A DNA stretch of 64,000 nt. It comes from Lepidodermella squamata (taxonomy: Eukaryota; Animalia; Gastrotricha). Of the stretch, positions 1 through 12,407 are shown one piece after another. Under the pieces are notes generated by a model that worked only from the letters and a program-made list of their open reading frames with translations, searched no databases and was not told the origin of the DNA. Positions within the stretch are counted from its first letter, which is position 1. Every line of letters starts with the position of its first letter. The position numbers and the translations under genes were made by a program. The stretch covers positions 558,001-622,000 of the forward strand of contig JBLDXI010000028.1 of assembly GCA_047495785.1 (NCBI GenBank), in the 5' to 3' direction.

Positions 1-100
1 TCATGATCACTCGCCCAGGAAGACGGGCACGTGCCGTCAATTCAACTGCTACTAAAATTTTCGGCCTGAGCCAATTTCAAATCGAACAAGTTTGAATAAT

Positions 101-1352
101 ATGTTTCATCCTCAACGCGGCATCAGACTGAAATCCTTGCTCTGTTTCGCCATCGTCATCGTGATACTGTGCTTGTGGAAATTACAAAGAAGCAATGTCG
201 ATGAGCCGTTTTCAAATACATTGTCGCTAACTGGGTGCCCGGTAAGAAAAACTGAGAAACTTTATATTTTTACACCTTTGATTTGCCAGCCAGATGAAGT
301 CATCAGAAGTCGGATGAACGAACGCAAAAACAGAATTCGCGAAGTTTGCAAGCAGCTGAGGGATTCTCCTCCGGCATTCAAGCCTCGCTTCAATCTCAAA
401 TCTAAGATGTGGGAAGATACGCGCTACAAAACACAGTAAACATTCAATGTTTCATCGTTATTCATCAATTATGTTGAATTGTATAGCTCTAAAATAGCGT
501 GGTGGAACGATCTTTTCGTCAATGAGAAATACAAAACTGTGTACTGCGGGTTGGATTTGCAGGAAATATGATGAAAACCCTCTCATTTTACCTGTGTAAC
601 TAGTGTGCCTAAAGTTGGGACTCGAAACGTCATGCATTATCTGTGGCATTTGAGCGAAAATCCGGAAATTACAAGCTACAACTACGATCGGAAGCAGCAA
701 ATGGTGGATTGCAGGTATCCGGACAAGTTTGAGACACACCTTCGGCCGCTGAATCGGTACTCTCACAAAGAGGCGATGGCGATAATGGGTAATTTCTCAA
801 AATTCGCTTTCGTACGAGAGCCCGTTGATCGGATTCTATCGGCATGGCGCGACAAATTTTCTACAAATAGCAGCGACAGCGTTGGCCGGCATTACTGGGC
901 TGTAAGTCTAGCTCTCATGTGACCTTAAAGCGTTTTATTTTGCGTAATTGAAGAGGTATGCTTCGAAGATGAGAGGGTTGATCACCAACACAACCGAATC
1001 GAAAGACCCGTTGCCGCTTGATTTGGAGATCTTCCTCCAGCAAGTTTACCAGATGAATTCGCCGCTCACCATGGAAGTTCATTGGCGGCCTCAAATCCAC
1101 GTGTGCAGCTTTTGCGCCATTGATTACGACTACATCGGCAAGTTCGAAGATTTCGGCTGCGAAATTGAATTTATTGCTCGGCAGTTGACTGGCAGAACAA
1201 TAGTTCCGCGAATGCCTTCACCAGATCGAAAGCACAGCAGTGGGCATGGCATCTCAAATACCAGCCGGTCATTTCTCAGACAGATTGTAGATAGACATTA
1301 TTACGCTGATTATCAGATGTTCGTTTACCAAACTCCGATTTCCTTGACATGA
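101..1352 (+). CDS. Carbohydrate sulfotransferase (Sulfotransfer_2 / CHST-like), type II membrane, about 5 exons
   Basis: N-terminal TM. Splicing restores YCG|VPKVGT (5'-PSB). Also FAFVREPVDRILSAWRDKF (3'-PB), HWRPQ..C..C.IDYDYIGKFE and YYADYQMF. GT-AG introns start near 242, 436, 550 and 902. Confidence 0.9.
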
Positions 1353-1792
1353 GATGCAATGCCATCGTTAAATGCAATAAAATGGGCCGAGCCGGTTTTT
1401 ATTTGTGAAATTATGTAGCCTTTAATTTGATATTTGATCCTCGAATGAGCAACAGATTTTGTGCTATTGTCGACCTCGATTGATTATTTTTGTTGATTTT
1501 GCCCATTTACCTGATTTAAATATATTGCCGATAGCGCAGATCGTTCTTCTTGAAGTTATGTCAACACAATATTGGAAGCACTCGATCCAATCATGCTGTA
1601 TCCACGGATGGCACGTGCTCTCATGTAAAATTTTTAATTAATTTTTAATTGCGCTCGTCTTGGCGCCGTACACGCGTCAACGAAATGGCGGGAAAAGTTC
1701 GCCAATGTTCCCAGGCCGGTATAAAATACCGACGACAGCGTCATACTTCATCAATTCTCTCTTTTCCAATTCGCTCTGAACACATTAACAGA

Positions 1793-2395
1793 ATGGCGGG
1801 ATTAACAGTGTTTGCCGTCAGTTGCATCCTATTATTCTTTGTTCAAACTGAAGTCAGTGAAGCTCAATGTCCGATTTGGCAAAACCGTATGTTGGGCTAC
1901 GTCAACCAAGCGCGAGCGATGTACGGCCTTCAGCCGCTCTGCGTCAACGCGTGAGTTATTGTTTCTATCTCGATCGTGAATACATAAATAGTTTCTATCA
2001 TTATCTTCAATAGTAAACTTGGATCGGCTGCGAAACGTCACTCGACTGACCAAGCGAGCATGAATACAATGAGCCACACTGGCTCAGATGGTTCGAGGCT
2101 TTCAGACCGCGCCAAAAGAGTCGGGTTTGAGTACTCTAAAATTGCCGAGAACGTAGCCTACAACTACAACAAAAATGCGAAAGACGTCTTCGACATGTTC
2201 GTTTTACGTCATAAATTTAGCAATTAAATGTATTGTGTTTACATTAATAGGTGGTGGAAATCTGATGGTCACCGCGCTAATATTCTTGGCCAAGGCTATC
2301 AATTCATGGGCGCCGCTTACACAACGAATTCCTACGGAGTCACTTTCTTCACTCAAATGTTTGGCAGCAGTTACCGCACCGAATATTGCTCATAA
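1793..2395 (+). CDS. Secreted CAP/SCP domain protein, bacterial YkwD-like subtype, 3 exons
   Basis: Signal peptide. Spliced product reads VNQARAMYGLQPL...AAKRHSTDQASMNTMSHTGSDGS...DRAKRVGF...IAENVAY...WWKSDGHRANIL...TQMFG. Introns 1951-2013 and ~2197-2250. Confidence 0.88.
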
Positions 2396-2979
2396 AATCA
2401 TATCGTTTTTAAGACTCGTTTCTCAGCTTGCACAAGTGATTTCTTGTTTTTTCTACTTTGTTAGCCATTTGCTTACGTAAACCTTAATCACGGCTGGAAT
2501 TAGCAGAAGAATAAAAACAAATGAGGATCGAGTTCACTTCCAAAGGATTCATTTTAAAGTTATTGCGTTACTGTGTATGTTGCCTGAATTTTACTTCCCA
2601 GACCGGTGTTCCCAGGCCGGTATAACGGCCCAGCCTTTATCAAGGGTTTTGAAATATAGGTCGTAATGCTTGACCACGGTCAATTTGTTCGGGCCGTGCC
2701 GTGTTCACCCGTTGGCCCGTTGTCAGGCATGATTTCGATTTGCACAGGTCACGTACTGTGTTAGTAAGCCATTATTCTCGACATCTCAGCAATTTTGAGG
2801 TATCCGAGTGAAAAGATTTCACCAATAGACTAAGGATGTTAAGGTTAATAAAAAGGTTTCAATTTTTAGGGGTCATTTACGGTTCGTCCTTCAACACATT
2901 TTTCCATGTTCTTTATCAACAATTTAGTAGCGAATAGCTAGAAACTAGCCGACATATTTAGTACAAAATTAATAAAATG

Positions 2980-4256
2980 TTATGCATCAGCTTTTATTTT
3001 CCGCGAGTTTTGCGTTTCAGCCGCTTTTGTCATTTTGCTTTGAAATCTGCGGTCGCCACGAACTTGCAGCCATCGAGGTAAGTTGGTCACCGCAAGCTTC
3101 TCCATTTCGTGGACGACTGCGCCGGAGGTTCTGCTGCAGTGGCCTATTGTGCGCAAGGCTTGCCGAGCGTAATCATTCGCTTCTACCGCAAATGCTCCAC
3201 TGACGAAGCGCGACATCTTGGTTCGAACGAGATGAGGCTCGGCTGTGAGCACTTTTATGCCATATCTATTTTAACAAAATCGAAACAAAGTCAAACAAGA
3301 AATTTGAAATAACAAAATGAAGGTAATACGACGTTTCAGCAAATGAGGGTCTAATCAGCAGTGACTTTTCATCAGTGACATTTGCGCAGCGACAAATCAT
3401 CAGTGTCAAGTCTAACCACGCAAAATGAAATTTGTCAGTAAATCATTTTCTAGAGCTTTTTAGTTCTGTTGTTTTAAATAATAATCAATTAGTTACCTAC
3501 TAATATATTTTAATAACTAAATTAGTAAATTAATTATTAGAATTCGATAAAATATTAAAGAGATCTGTGGCTCCGCGAGAAATTCAGTCTTCAAAGCAAA
3601 ACATCTTACTTTTCGTTGTCGTATTGAATCTCCAACCCTTCCGTGAAGCGTGATACAAAGGTCTTCGACGCGAAATACATGGGCGGTAAGCATGCAAAAT
3701 TCGAAACGCCAGATGAAATGCTGATGACTACGCCGCGTCGCTGATCTTCGACCATTTTGCGCAACACAATTTGGCTCATCATCACCGTTGAAGTCAAATT
3801 GATGTTGATCATCTTGAGTAAATTCGCTTGCGGTGTTTCGTGAATCAGCCGCTGAATGTTGATATTGGCGCCAACGCTGTTGACCAGAACATCGATAGCA
3901 TTGAACTGGCTGAGCTTGCTTTCGATAGCCGGGTAGATGTCTGTATTTTGGAAGTCAGCTTGAACGGTGGCAACATCAACAAGCTGCGGGTATTTGGCCA
4001 TCAATTCGCTTTTCACGGCGAGGAGCTTTTGATCACAGCGAGAAATCAACACCAGGCGTTTCACACCCAGCCGGGCGAGTTCGAACGCAAAAGCTTTGCC
4101 AATGCCGTCGGTCGAGCCTGTAACAACGGCTGTTGACAGCTTCGAGAAGTCCACCAAGCTTTGCGTGAAATATGCCTTGTAAAACCTGTGCAGTTTAACG
4201 GCATAACGGGCTGAATAAAACGAAGTAAAAGCTAGGCCTAATTCGGCAAGAACCAT
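2980..4256 (-). CDS. Short-chain dehydrogenase, 17-beta-HSD12 / very-long-chain 3-oxoacyl-CoA reductase-like, 2 exons
   Basis: VVTGSTDGIGKAFAFELA Rossmann motif, DVLVNSVG and catalytic YFASK. Exon 2 has P.LV.TKMS...YARQAL.TIG. Intron ~3610-3266. Confidence 0.9.
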
Positions 4257-4477
4257 TGCTAGAGAATAAGAAATAAGTTTGAGTCGAGATAGATCTTATC
4301 TATTTCTTGGACCAAGTTCTTATTTATGGGCCATAATTATAATTATATGATCATCACGTGCTTTCATAATTGGAAAGATACAAAGCAAACTCGGATATAA
4401 TCGTCATGGCGATAGGGGCAAAGGCCACCAAAACCAGAATTTCTGTACCAAAAAGTTTATAGTATTTTATCGAAAAC

Positions 4478-5466
4478 ATGTTTCTGAAAATTTTCAAGGC
4501 CTTCTCAAAGAACGCGAAAAATATCAAAGGCCAGGTATGCCTTGTGACTGGCTCAAGTTCAGGAATAGGTCGTAAGATCGCCGAAAAACTCTCATCACAA
4601 GGGTGCAAGACCATTCTCGTCGGCCGAAACGACTCAGCTCTGCAAACAGCGGCAGCCGAATGCCGATCCGCTGGCGCTGAGCTGGTGAAAACTTACGTCT
4701 GCGATCTTGCCGACAGACGGCAAGTTTACGCCATGACCGAGCAAGTGAAGCATGAAGTTGGACACATCGATATTTTAGTCAATAACGCTGGTGTTGTTTC
4801 TGGAAAGTCACTTTTGGAACTTGACGATTCGGCTCACATCGAACAAACTATGAACACCAATGCTTTGAGCCACTTTTGGGTAAAAGAGATTGCCATTCAC
4901 GTCCATGAAGTGTAATCAAGTAAATTTCTGTTGATAGTTGATCAAATCCTTCCTGCCCGAAATGCTTCGCCGCCAACATGGCCACATAGTAACAGTGTCT
5001 TCAGCTGCTGGATTGTCTTGCCCCGCGGTGAACATGGTCGACTACGCTGCTTCGAAGTACGCCGCAGTCGGTATAGCGGAGACCCTGGCTTACGAGCTTC
5101 AATTCAATTACAACACTGATGCGATCAAAGTCACTCTGGTTTGCCCCTACTTCGTCAACACTGGCATGTTCGACGGAATCTCGCTGAAATACCAATGGAT
5201 TTTGCCTCAGCTCACACCGGAATATGTCGCGGAGAAAACCGTTGATTCCGTGCTGAACGATAAGCCCTTTGTTTTAATACCATCTTGGTTTCGTATGCTG
5301 GCAGTTCTCAAATAGTAATGATAGTGATAACAAACTCTTTGAACAATTTTATAAAATCTTCCTTTTTTCTTCAAATAGCGCTGTGCCGAATTCATTCTAT
5401 TTCACGCTGGGACGAGTTTCTGGCTTAACCGGCAGCACGGCCAGCTTCATTGGGCGAACGAAATAA
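4478..5466 (+). CDS. SDR16C-family dehydrogenase (epidermal retinol dehydrogenase 2 / RDH10-like), 3 exons
   Basis: LVTGSSSGIGR, DILVNNAGVVSGK, HFW|LIKSFLP, DYAASK and LVCPYFVNTGMF. Paralogue of 34194-35229. Confidence 0.9.
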
Positions 5467-5664
5467 CCTTCGAGCCATCTCAGAATAACAGATTGGTCCA
5501 TTCAAATGACATTTAAAGTGCATTTGTTCAATTACAATTACGTAAATGAATACCGTATACATATTCGCAAATAAAGTTGTTGATTGGCACGTGTTTTTCC
5601 ACCCTATTTTTTGCTTTCATTCATTCGAATCTTTTCCGGCATTTTCACAAGTATTCACAGGAAA

Positions 5665-6565
5665 ATGGATCTGAAATTTTCGAAGCTTGGCTTTGTGATA
5701 TTTCTTTCCATCGCTATCAACTTCGTCGGATTTCTGCTGTTTTCTTATCGGTTCAAAAGTATAGCCGTAGTGTCATATATACGGAAAGAATTCACATTCG
5801 AAAACCTACGCCATGTTGATTCATTTGCTAGCTGTCGTAAGCTGTTCACGGAGACAATTAACGCCCGCCAGCCCCACTTGCAGCCATCGACGCCATGGCC
5901 TGGCAGCATATTTTCAAGGGATGGATCGAATGGCAGCTTCATTTATGTTATCCTAATAACGCAGCGATTCGTCAACAACTTTAAATTTAACAAAGCGTTG
6001 ACCATGCCAGTTTTTCGATCATGGGCCTTCAATACAACCTGGCATATTCACGACGAGTCATTGGCCATTTCCAACTGCTCAGTAATACCGCCGTTGCTTA
6101 GCGAAACTTACGAAGCGAATGAAGAATTCGAGAAAAAGTTTTCCACTCATCCTGAGAGAACAGCTTTCACTTTGCAATGCCCAGTTCGTCATCTGGGATT
6201 GGAGAAAATATCCGTCAAGGCGATTGGGAGGAAATCAAAATTTAACGAGATTAGTGCTGATTTACCGGTTTGCCAATTGGATCTTCCCCGGCCAAGCTTT
6301 AGACTAGTTGCATGTACTTTGGTGGCAGAAGATCATTTAGACCGAATTCCTGAATGGATCGAGTACCATTTATTGATAGGGTTCGATTATTTCCTCTTAT
6401 TCGTTAATGGCGACTCGACGGAAAACTTTGACCGGTTTCTTGAAGTCTATGTTCGGATGGGTATTCTTCATTTGGCTATGTTTTACCAACAAGTTCCCGT
6501 TCGTTCCCCAGGACAGGTCGCTCAGGTTCCAGCTCAACTAGAGTGTTTGTATCAAATGAAAGGAA
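5665..6565 (+). pseudogene. 3'-truncated glycosyltransferase family 92 (DUF23) paralogue
   Basis: Colinear with 27162-28604 up to LYQMKG. Unrelated sequence follows, and the WLAMTDVDE (DxD) motif and C-terminus are missing. Confidence 0.85.
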
Positions 6566-7240
6566 TGATAGATCTCTGGTGGGGACGCTGGGAGCTGGGA
6601 CTACCAAACTTACCAGTGACGCGTCTCCCGTACAACCTTCATCGTCCCTGGCGATCCTTGGTAGGTGTGCAAATTTTGCGAATTTAGGCTCGAATTAGAT
6701 ACATTTTTTCATTCGATGAGCGTAATTCATTCGTCAGAGCTTCGAATTTATGAGACTAAAAGGTTTTTGATTATTCCAATCTAGCCATAACTCACTTTTG
6801 CTGGCCATAAATACGAATCCTAGTATATATTTTGCATTTTGCGAAATCTGGAGCAGATACGTTCTAAATATCATCAGACTCATTTTGTTGAGAGGAATCT
6901 TTTGAAATCAAATTCGAGCTGAAATTTTATTCATTTATGTGCGATCATATAAGTTCCCTCGCGACTCGCGGTGGCTTGATGTTTTACATAACGGGCCCAT
7001 TCTAAATCAGAGTTGTCGAGTTGTCGAGTACGTGTAAGCAAGGCACAGTTCGAAAGCTCCAAAGTTTCAGACCCGAGGACATCTCTGTTCTAAATGAACC
7101 AGAGACCCCTTTCTCAGTGAAAAGTCCGCTGTAATGCTAAATCAAGCTAGTTATGTCATCTTAAAATAGCAGGTAAGGTACGAGTTTTAATCTATGTTAT
7201 GGAATTTCGGCATTATAAGTGGCATTAGCTGACAACTTGC

Positions 7241-8382
7241 GGAGTCCATAATTGCCAGCAAACTCACTGCCATCCTGGAAGACCACCACGCCCTGCCGGA
7301 CAATCAGTATGCCTTCAGAAGACACCGCTCAGCTCCCGACGTACCGCTCCGCATCTCACACCGCGTCCGCAAATCTCGTAAGACCCGCCGTAAAATGGTC
7401 ATCGTTGCCATCGACGTGCAGGCAGCCTACGACAGTGTTTGGCATGCTGGACTGGTCTGCAAGTTATTGCAACTGCCCCTGCCCCGCAATCTCATCGGTT
7501 GGATAGTTGATTACCTCCGTGACCGCAAGCTGCAGGCCCGCGTGGCTGGTCGCCTAAGCAGGGCTAAGCAGGGTCGCCACCGTCAACTGCGGCGTACCCC
7601 AAGGGTCTCCTCTCTCACCCTTGTTATACATCATATACACGGCCGACCTCCTGAACGCAGAAACATCGCCCAACAGCATCACTGAGGCATACGCCGACGA
7701 CCTCACCATCAGTGCCACCGGCATCAACTTCCAAGCCGCCCAGGAAGCAGCCCAATCTGAAATCCACCGAATCACCACCTGGGCCCGCGACTGGCGCCAA
7801 AAATTCAACGCCAACAAAACCGAAGCCATGGCATTCGGCCCCGTACCAACTTCAATACACCTATCCGTCAACGGGACCGCGGTCCCCCAAGTCACCTCTC
7901 CATCCGTATCCTGGGCATTCACTTTGACCCGCGTCTAACTTGGCAGACACACATCGACCAGGCGCTCCGCCGATGCTCGCGCAACATGCCTTTTTTCCGC
8001 CGGTTAGCCAGGACCCCCGGACTGTCCCCGCGCTGGGTCAGGACGGCGTACTTCGCCCTGATTCGTGCCACTTTCGCCTATGGCAACATCGTCCTCAGCA
8101 GCATGTCAGCGCGCCAACTGAAACGCCTCACAGTGCTCCACCGTGCCGCCCTTCGGGCGCGGCGCAGTGACCGCATCGCCACCACCACGCTCGAACAGCG
8201 CCTCCACGTTGAGCGCTTCTTCAGAAAGTGTCAAACCCGCTACGTGGCCAATGCCGTTACCACCATCCTTCCGATGTTATCACGAGAGGACATCGAAGAC
8301 GCTCGCAACGACCCTGACCCGTTGTAAGTATAAGTATAAAGATTTCAGAATAAATTGGTTTTTCGTTTTTTCGTTCGTTTAG
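7241..8382 (+). mobile_element. Decayed, 5'-truncated copy of the LINE at 36500-39830 (RT region plus 3' tail)
   Basis: Near-identical to the reverse complement of 36905-37985, with frameshifts (gctaagcagg duplication, deletions). About 345 nt of the 3' region is deleted. Same ttgtaagtataaagatttcagaataaattggtttttcg tail. Confidence 0.93.
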
Positions 8383-8947
8383 CCAAGTCGATATCAGCAT
8401 GTGTTAGTTTTATTTATAATAGGCCCTCCGCCGGGCGGCGCTATAGGCACAGCCAAGTCGATATAATTATCGATGTTTGCGTGAGCGTCAAGGGTTCGTC
8501 TCAACGTGCCGCCATCGCTTTTTCGACGACTTGACGGAGCAAAAATGTTTTTTCCTCGTATGCGTAAGAAAACAAAATAGAAACGAGTATGTGCGAGAAC
8601 CTCAATATTGGCAACTATTTTTTTTTATTCATCTCCATCTAATTAATCAGCTAAAAAAACCGAGAGGACATCGAAGACGCTCGCAACGACCCTGACCCGT
8701 TGTAAGTATGAGTATAAAGATTTCAGAATAAATTGGTTTTTCGTTTTTTCGTTCGTTAAGCCAAGTCGATATAATTATCGATGTTTGCGTGAGCGTCAAG
8801 GGTTCGTCTTGTTTGTTCGTCCTTTATTTAATGTTGGATGGACTTGAAACAATAAATCAAACAAAATAGAAACGAGTATGTGCGAGAACCTCAATATTGG
8901 CAACTATTTTTTATTCATCTCCATCTAATTAATCAGCTAAAAACCGA
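8283..8947. repeat. Two-unit tandem duplication (LINE 3' end plus flank) with unit-specific internal segments
   Basis: Units ~8283-8662 and ~8661-8947 share cgagaggacatcg...gggttcgtct and aaacaaaatagaaacgag...ctaaaaaaccga. Confidence 0.9.
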
Positions 8948-9028
8948 CGGACCTCGCGACCGCCCCAACACCATCACATAACAAGTCAAGAAAAAACACG
9001 ACTTTGATTCATCACTATGAGTTCACTA

Positions 9029-12000
9029 CATGGTGTTTCATAAAAAACCGTACGAGATGGGCCTTGTATTAGCATGCATAGATAATATAGAAAAAGTGCT
9101 GCCGTTATCGATTTTTCCTTCGCCATGTTATTTTTTGCTGTTTCGCGGGGAGAAAAAACCGGCAAGAATGCGGCATTTTTACGGTGGAAACGTGGCATTT
9201 TACGCTGTGTTTACGGTGAATTCACGGTTAACCTGCGGTCAATTTCTGTGATATTTAACCTAAATTATCCTCGAGGATAAAGATTAACAATGCCGTCGAA
9301 ATTATTGTAGCGCATTCTTCCTTTTAGCTTTGGAGTGGGTTGAAGTGTGCGATTTCCTATATATCTGGCAGTTTTACGGTAAACTGTGAGCAGATCAACG
9401 GTGAAACGACGGTGAAAAGTTCTGCAAATTTGAGCAACTGTTCCAATAGGAAATCGAATAAGTTTCACCGTGGAAAAATAACGTTACCTGCTTTTCCCTC
9501 GAGGAGTGTGAGGTTTCAAGGTTTTTTGAACTTTTGCGGCAAACTGAAAGTAGATTATCACCGGTAAAACGACGGTGAACTGTTCGAATAGGAAATAAAT
9601 GGAGGTAACGGCGGAATATTGATTGTGTCTGATTTTCTCTTTTGAAATAACTTAAAAAACTCCGTCCACGCCAGCGCCACTCTCTATTGGCTCTCGACTG
9701 CGATCTTACTAATCTCGCTATGCTCATGCGCCGTGGAAAAGTCACCGTGGAACTTCGACGCGCCCCGCGCAAAATCGCTAACTTGAACGTGCGATTGCGG
9801 CAATGCATCCATATCTCGTGTTTTAAACCCCAGGATATCTCTCTCAAAAGGCGCGGCTTCAACCTTTGAGGCATTATGGCCAACACACACTTTAGCGGGA
9901 AACCGGAAGGGGAGAAGAACACGATGCCGCTGCCCATACGCTGCAGTGCTTGGTAAAGGCTATGGTAGAAATGAGACAAATCAGCATAGCTCGACTGACA
10001 CATTCTTCCACGCCTCAATACCCAGTATTCGCTCAGAACGACGGATGTCACGCATGGACGCCGTGTCAACGGGTTCTACGTTAGTTACCTGTGGTAAATC
10101 CACGTATCACCTGGGGATGGCGCTAATGCTTATAGAAAACCCTACGCTCAAACAAAAGACTGTCAGCACAAAATTGGAAAAATATACGGACAATTTCATA
10201 TTATATCGTGAATACGGATATCTGCCAAAACTATATCGCAAAGAGAGCAATGTATGTATCGCCGTGCGGATTCGCGTGCACTGAGCATTTGCGGCGTCAT
10301 AATTCGCAAACTTTGTCAGGACTGACCGACGACAGCGCGATGTGCTGCTATTGCGCTTATTAAAGAAAATGCTCTTTCCTCATTTGCTCAATGAATTCAA
10401 TTGTCTTAGTGCATTCGCCTATTGGTTTTATCATCCATAAGATGTGCGCGGCCCCCAAAATTCTCACAGTGCGCGTAAAAACCGTACTGACAAAATATCT
10501 GACCAATGTGCTTTAAAGAAATTCCTTATGCCTCATCGCTTGTTTGGTCTTTGATCAGCTTGTTTTGGCGCTACATCGGTGGTTGATACTTTTGCTAATC
10601 CCTTTTTCGAAATAAATTTCCTCGTTTCGATCTGGGGGTGCGTGATTCAGAATCCCGTCCAAACATGCAACAGCTCATGATTCCTGGTCTTTAATCATGT
10701 ATCGATAATCGAGTCGCGAAGCATCTCTGCATAGCCCTTGCTTTAACGTTCAACGACTACATTTACTATTAGGCGACTTGTTCAGGGTGATGTATGCTTG
10801 GGCGCACCTCAAGAGGTATGCCAATTTCGGTATTTTCTCGATACCGTCAGAGCTTATGGCATGCACGTCTAGTTGCAGCAATGAAAACATGGAGAGTCCG
10901 GCGCAAACGTTTTCCGCTGGGGACTGCTTTTATGTTTCTAAGAATCGAGCAAGTCAATGTTAGCGTCGTCGGATAACAATCGCGTCATATATTGCTTCTT
11001 CTTTCACATTGAAAAACGCTGCTTTTTGCTTGTCACCCGCGCCACCCGTCACCTTGAAAGGGATGTAAACAAGCTTAAATTCGAGTCATTCTAGCAAGCA
11101 ATATTTTTATCTCCACTTCCAGCATGTTATACATGAATGACGGCTTATCTGTGCAGGGGAATGGATTAGAAATAAAAACTTCAATTTTTCGCTGATGAAA
11201 AAGCTCTTAGCGCTGTTTGGTGTAGGGGCCCTATCCCAAGCCCGATTTCAGCCCTTACGCGTTTTGGCCGGCTCGTGCGCGTTCGGACAACGGCGCTTTG
11301 CCATTCCGCGCTCGGGCTTCCCTAGAACGTGCCTGTATGCAATACGGTAAATTCAACGAATTTGACCAAATCTCGCTTGACTGCAAACGTGCCAGTCGAG
11401 TTGTCGGCCCGAGCTCGGTGGAAAACGTTGGGTTCTCGCCGTACTAGGGCTGTCCTAGTGAGGAACCTCTGAATCTGGCCATAACCTCGACAACCGTGCG
11501 TACGACCGTCGCTCTGTTCGCTCGGGTTACCGGGTATCATGCCGATGCCCGAGCCCGGCGGAATTAGACGTGCCCAAAAATACACTGACCTACCTATTGT
11601 TCTCTCGCTTCTTTCGGCTACGATCCTGGCCTTATGTGGTGTTAAATTTTCAAACGCGGTGCTCATTGGATAACGAACACCCTTGGCATTAAGAGATGGA
11701 ATTTCAGGCAAAAACGCTGTCGTTCTCAACGAGAGATTATGTTTCCAAGTACTGAGTAAACCCTATTTTCATGTCGAATTTCTAGGAAATTATTAATTAA
11801 TGAACGCTTATCCGTATATTGGAATTGATTTTGATGCAAAAATGGAATTGTTGGTAACAGAGAAGCTTCAAACAACTTGTCACTAACGAATTTTAAAATA
11901 AGCCTTAGATGAAAATGTAGATCGTAATAAAATATGCAAATTCACCGGAGGAATTTCGATTTCACCGTGTAAAACTCACAATATAACAGAAAATGTGCCT

Positions 12001-12184
12001 GAAACACCGATATTTTTGTTGCTGCTACCGCATGGCTTTCTCTCGGAGAAATGCGTACAATTTGCGGTGACCGTGCGGTTTTGGTGCATTTTTGGAGAGG
12101 AAAACGCGCGCGCGAAAAAAATCGATAACTCGCAGCAGCAGTGTATTTATATTATAGGAGTTCGGTTTTTTATGAAACACCCTG
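9029..12184. mobile_element. Tc1/mariner-type TIR pair enclosing ~3.1 kb of nested decayed sequence
   Basis: Left end ta-catggtgtttcataaaaaaccg. Right end cggttttttatgaaacaccctg-ta. An imperfect inner match (tgctgc..gttatcgattttt) extends it. TA flanks on both sides. Confidence 0.6.
9560..10700 (-). pseudogene. Possible decayed MULE-type transposase remnant
   Basis: SHFYHSLYQALQRMG, CVLAIMP and FLSYFKR...HLFP loosely resemble the MULE C.FHF.Q..R, ALA.LP and YF..TW..P.FP blocks. Many stops and frameshifts. Confidence 0.3.
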
Positions 12185-12407
12185 TATGCAAAACGAGTTG
12201 ACAGACATGTAAAAGGTTTGTTGACAATGTTACCGGTAAAATTTTTTGGAGTTTGACCATTTAGTTGTTGAGCCACCGAAAAAATGTGAAAAGTGAAAAC
12301 CTCAATTTCTTTGCAATTTCTGGCCGATTAACCCGAAAGGTTCATTTTACCCCAAAAAGCGGTAACCAAAATTCTGAATGAGATGACAATCGAGTATTGT
12401 TTTCAAT

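Noticed and set aside
8283-8947. CRISPR array
   Set aside because: Only two long units, derived from a LINE end. No cas genes, and the context is eukaryotic.
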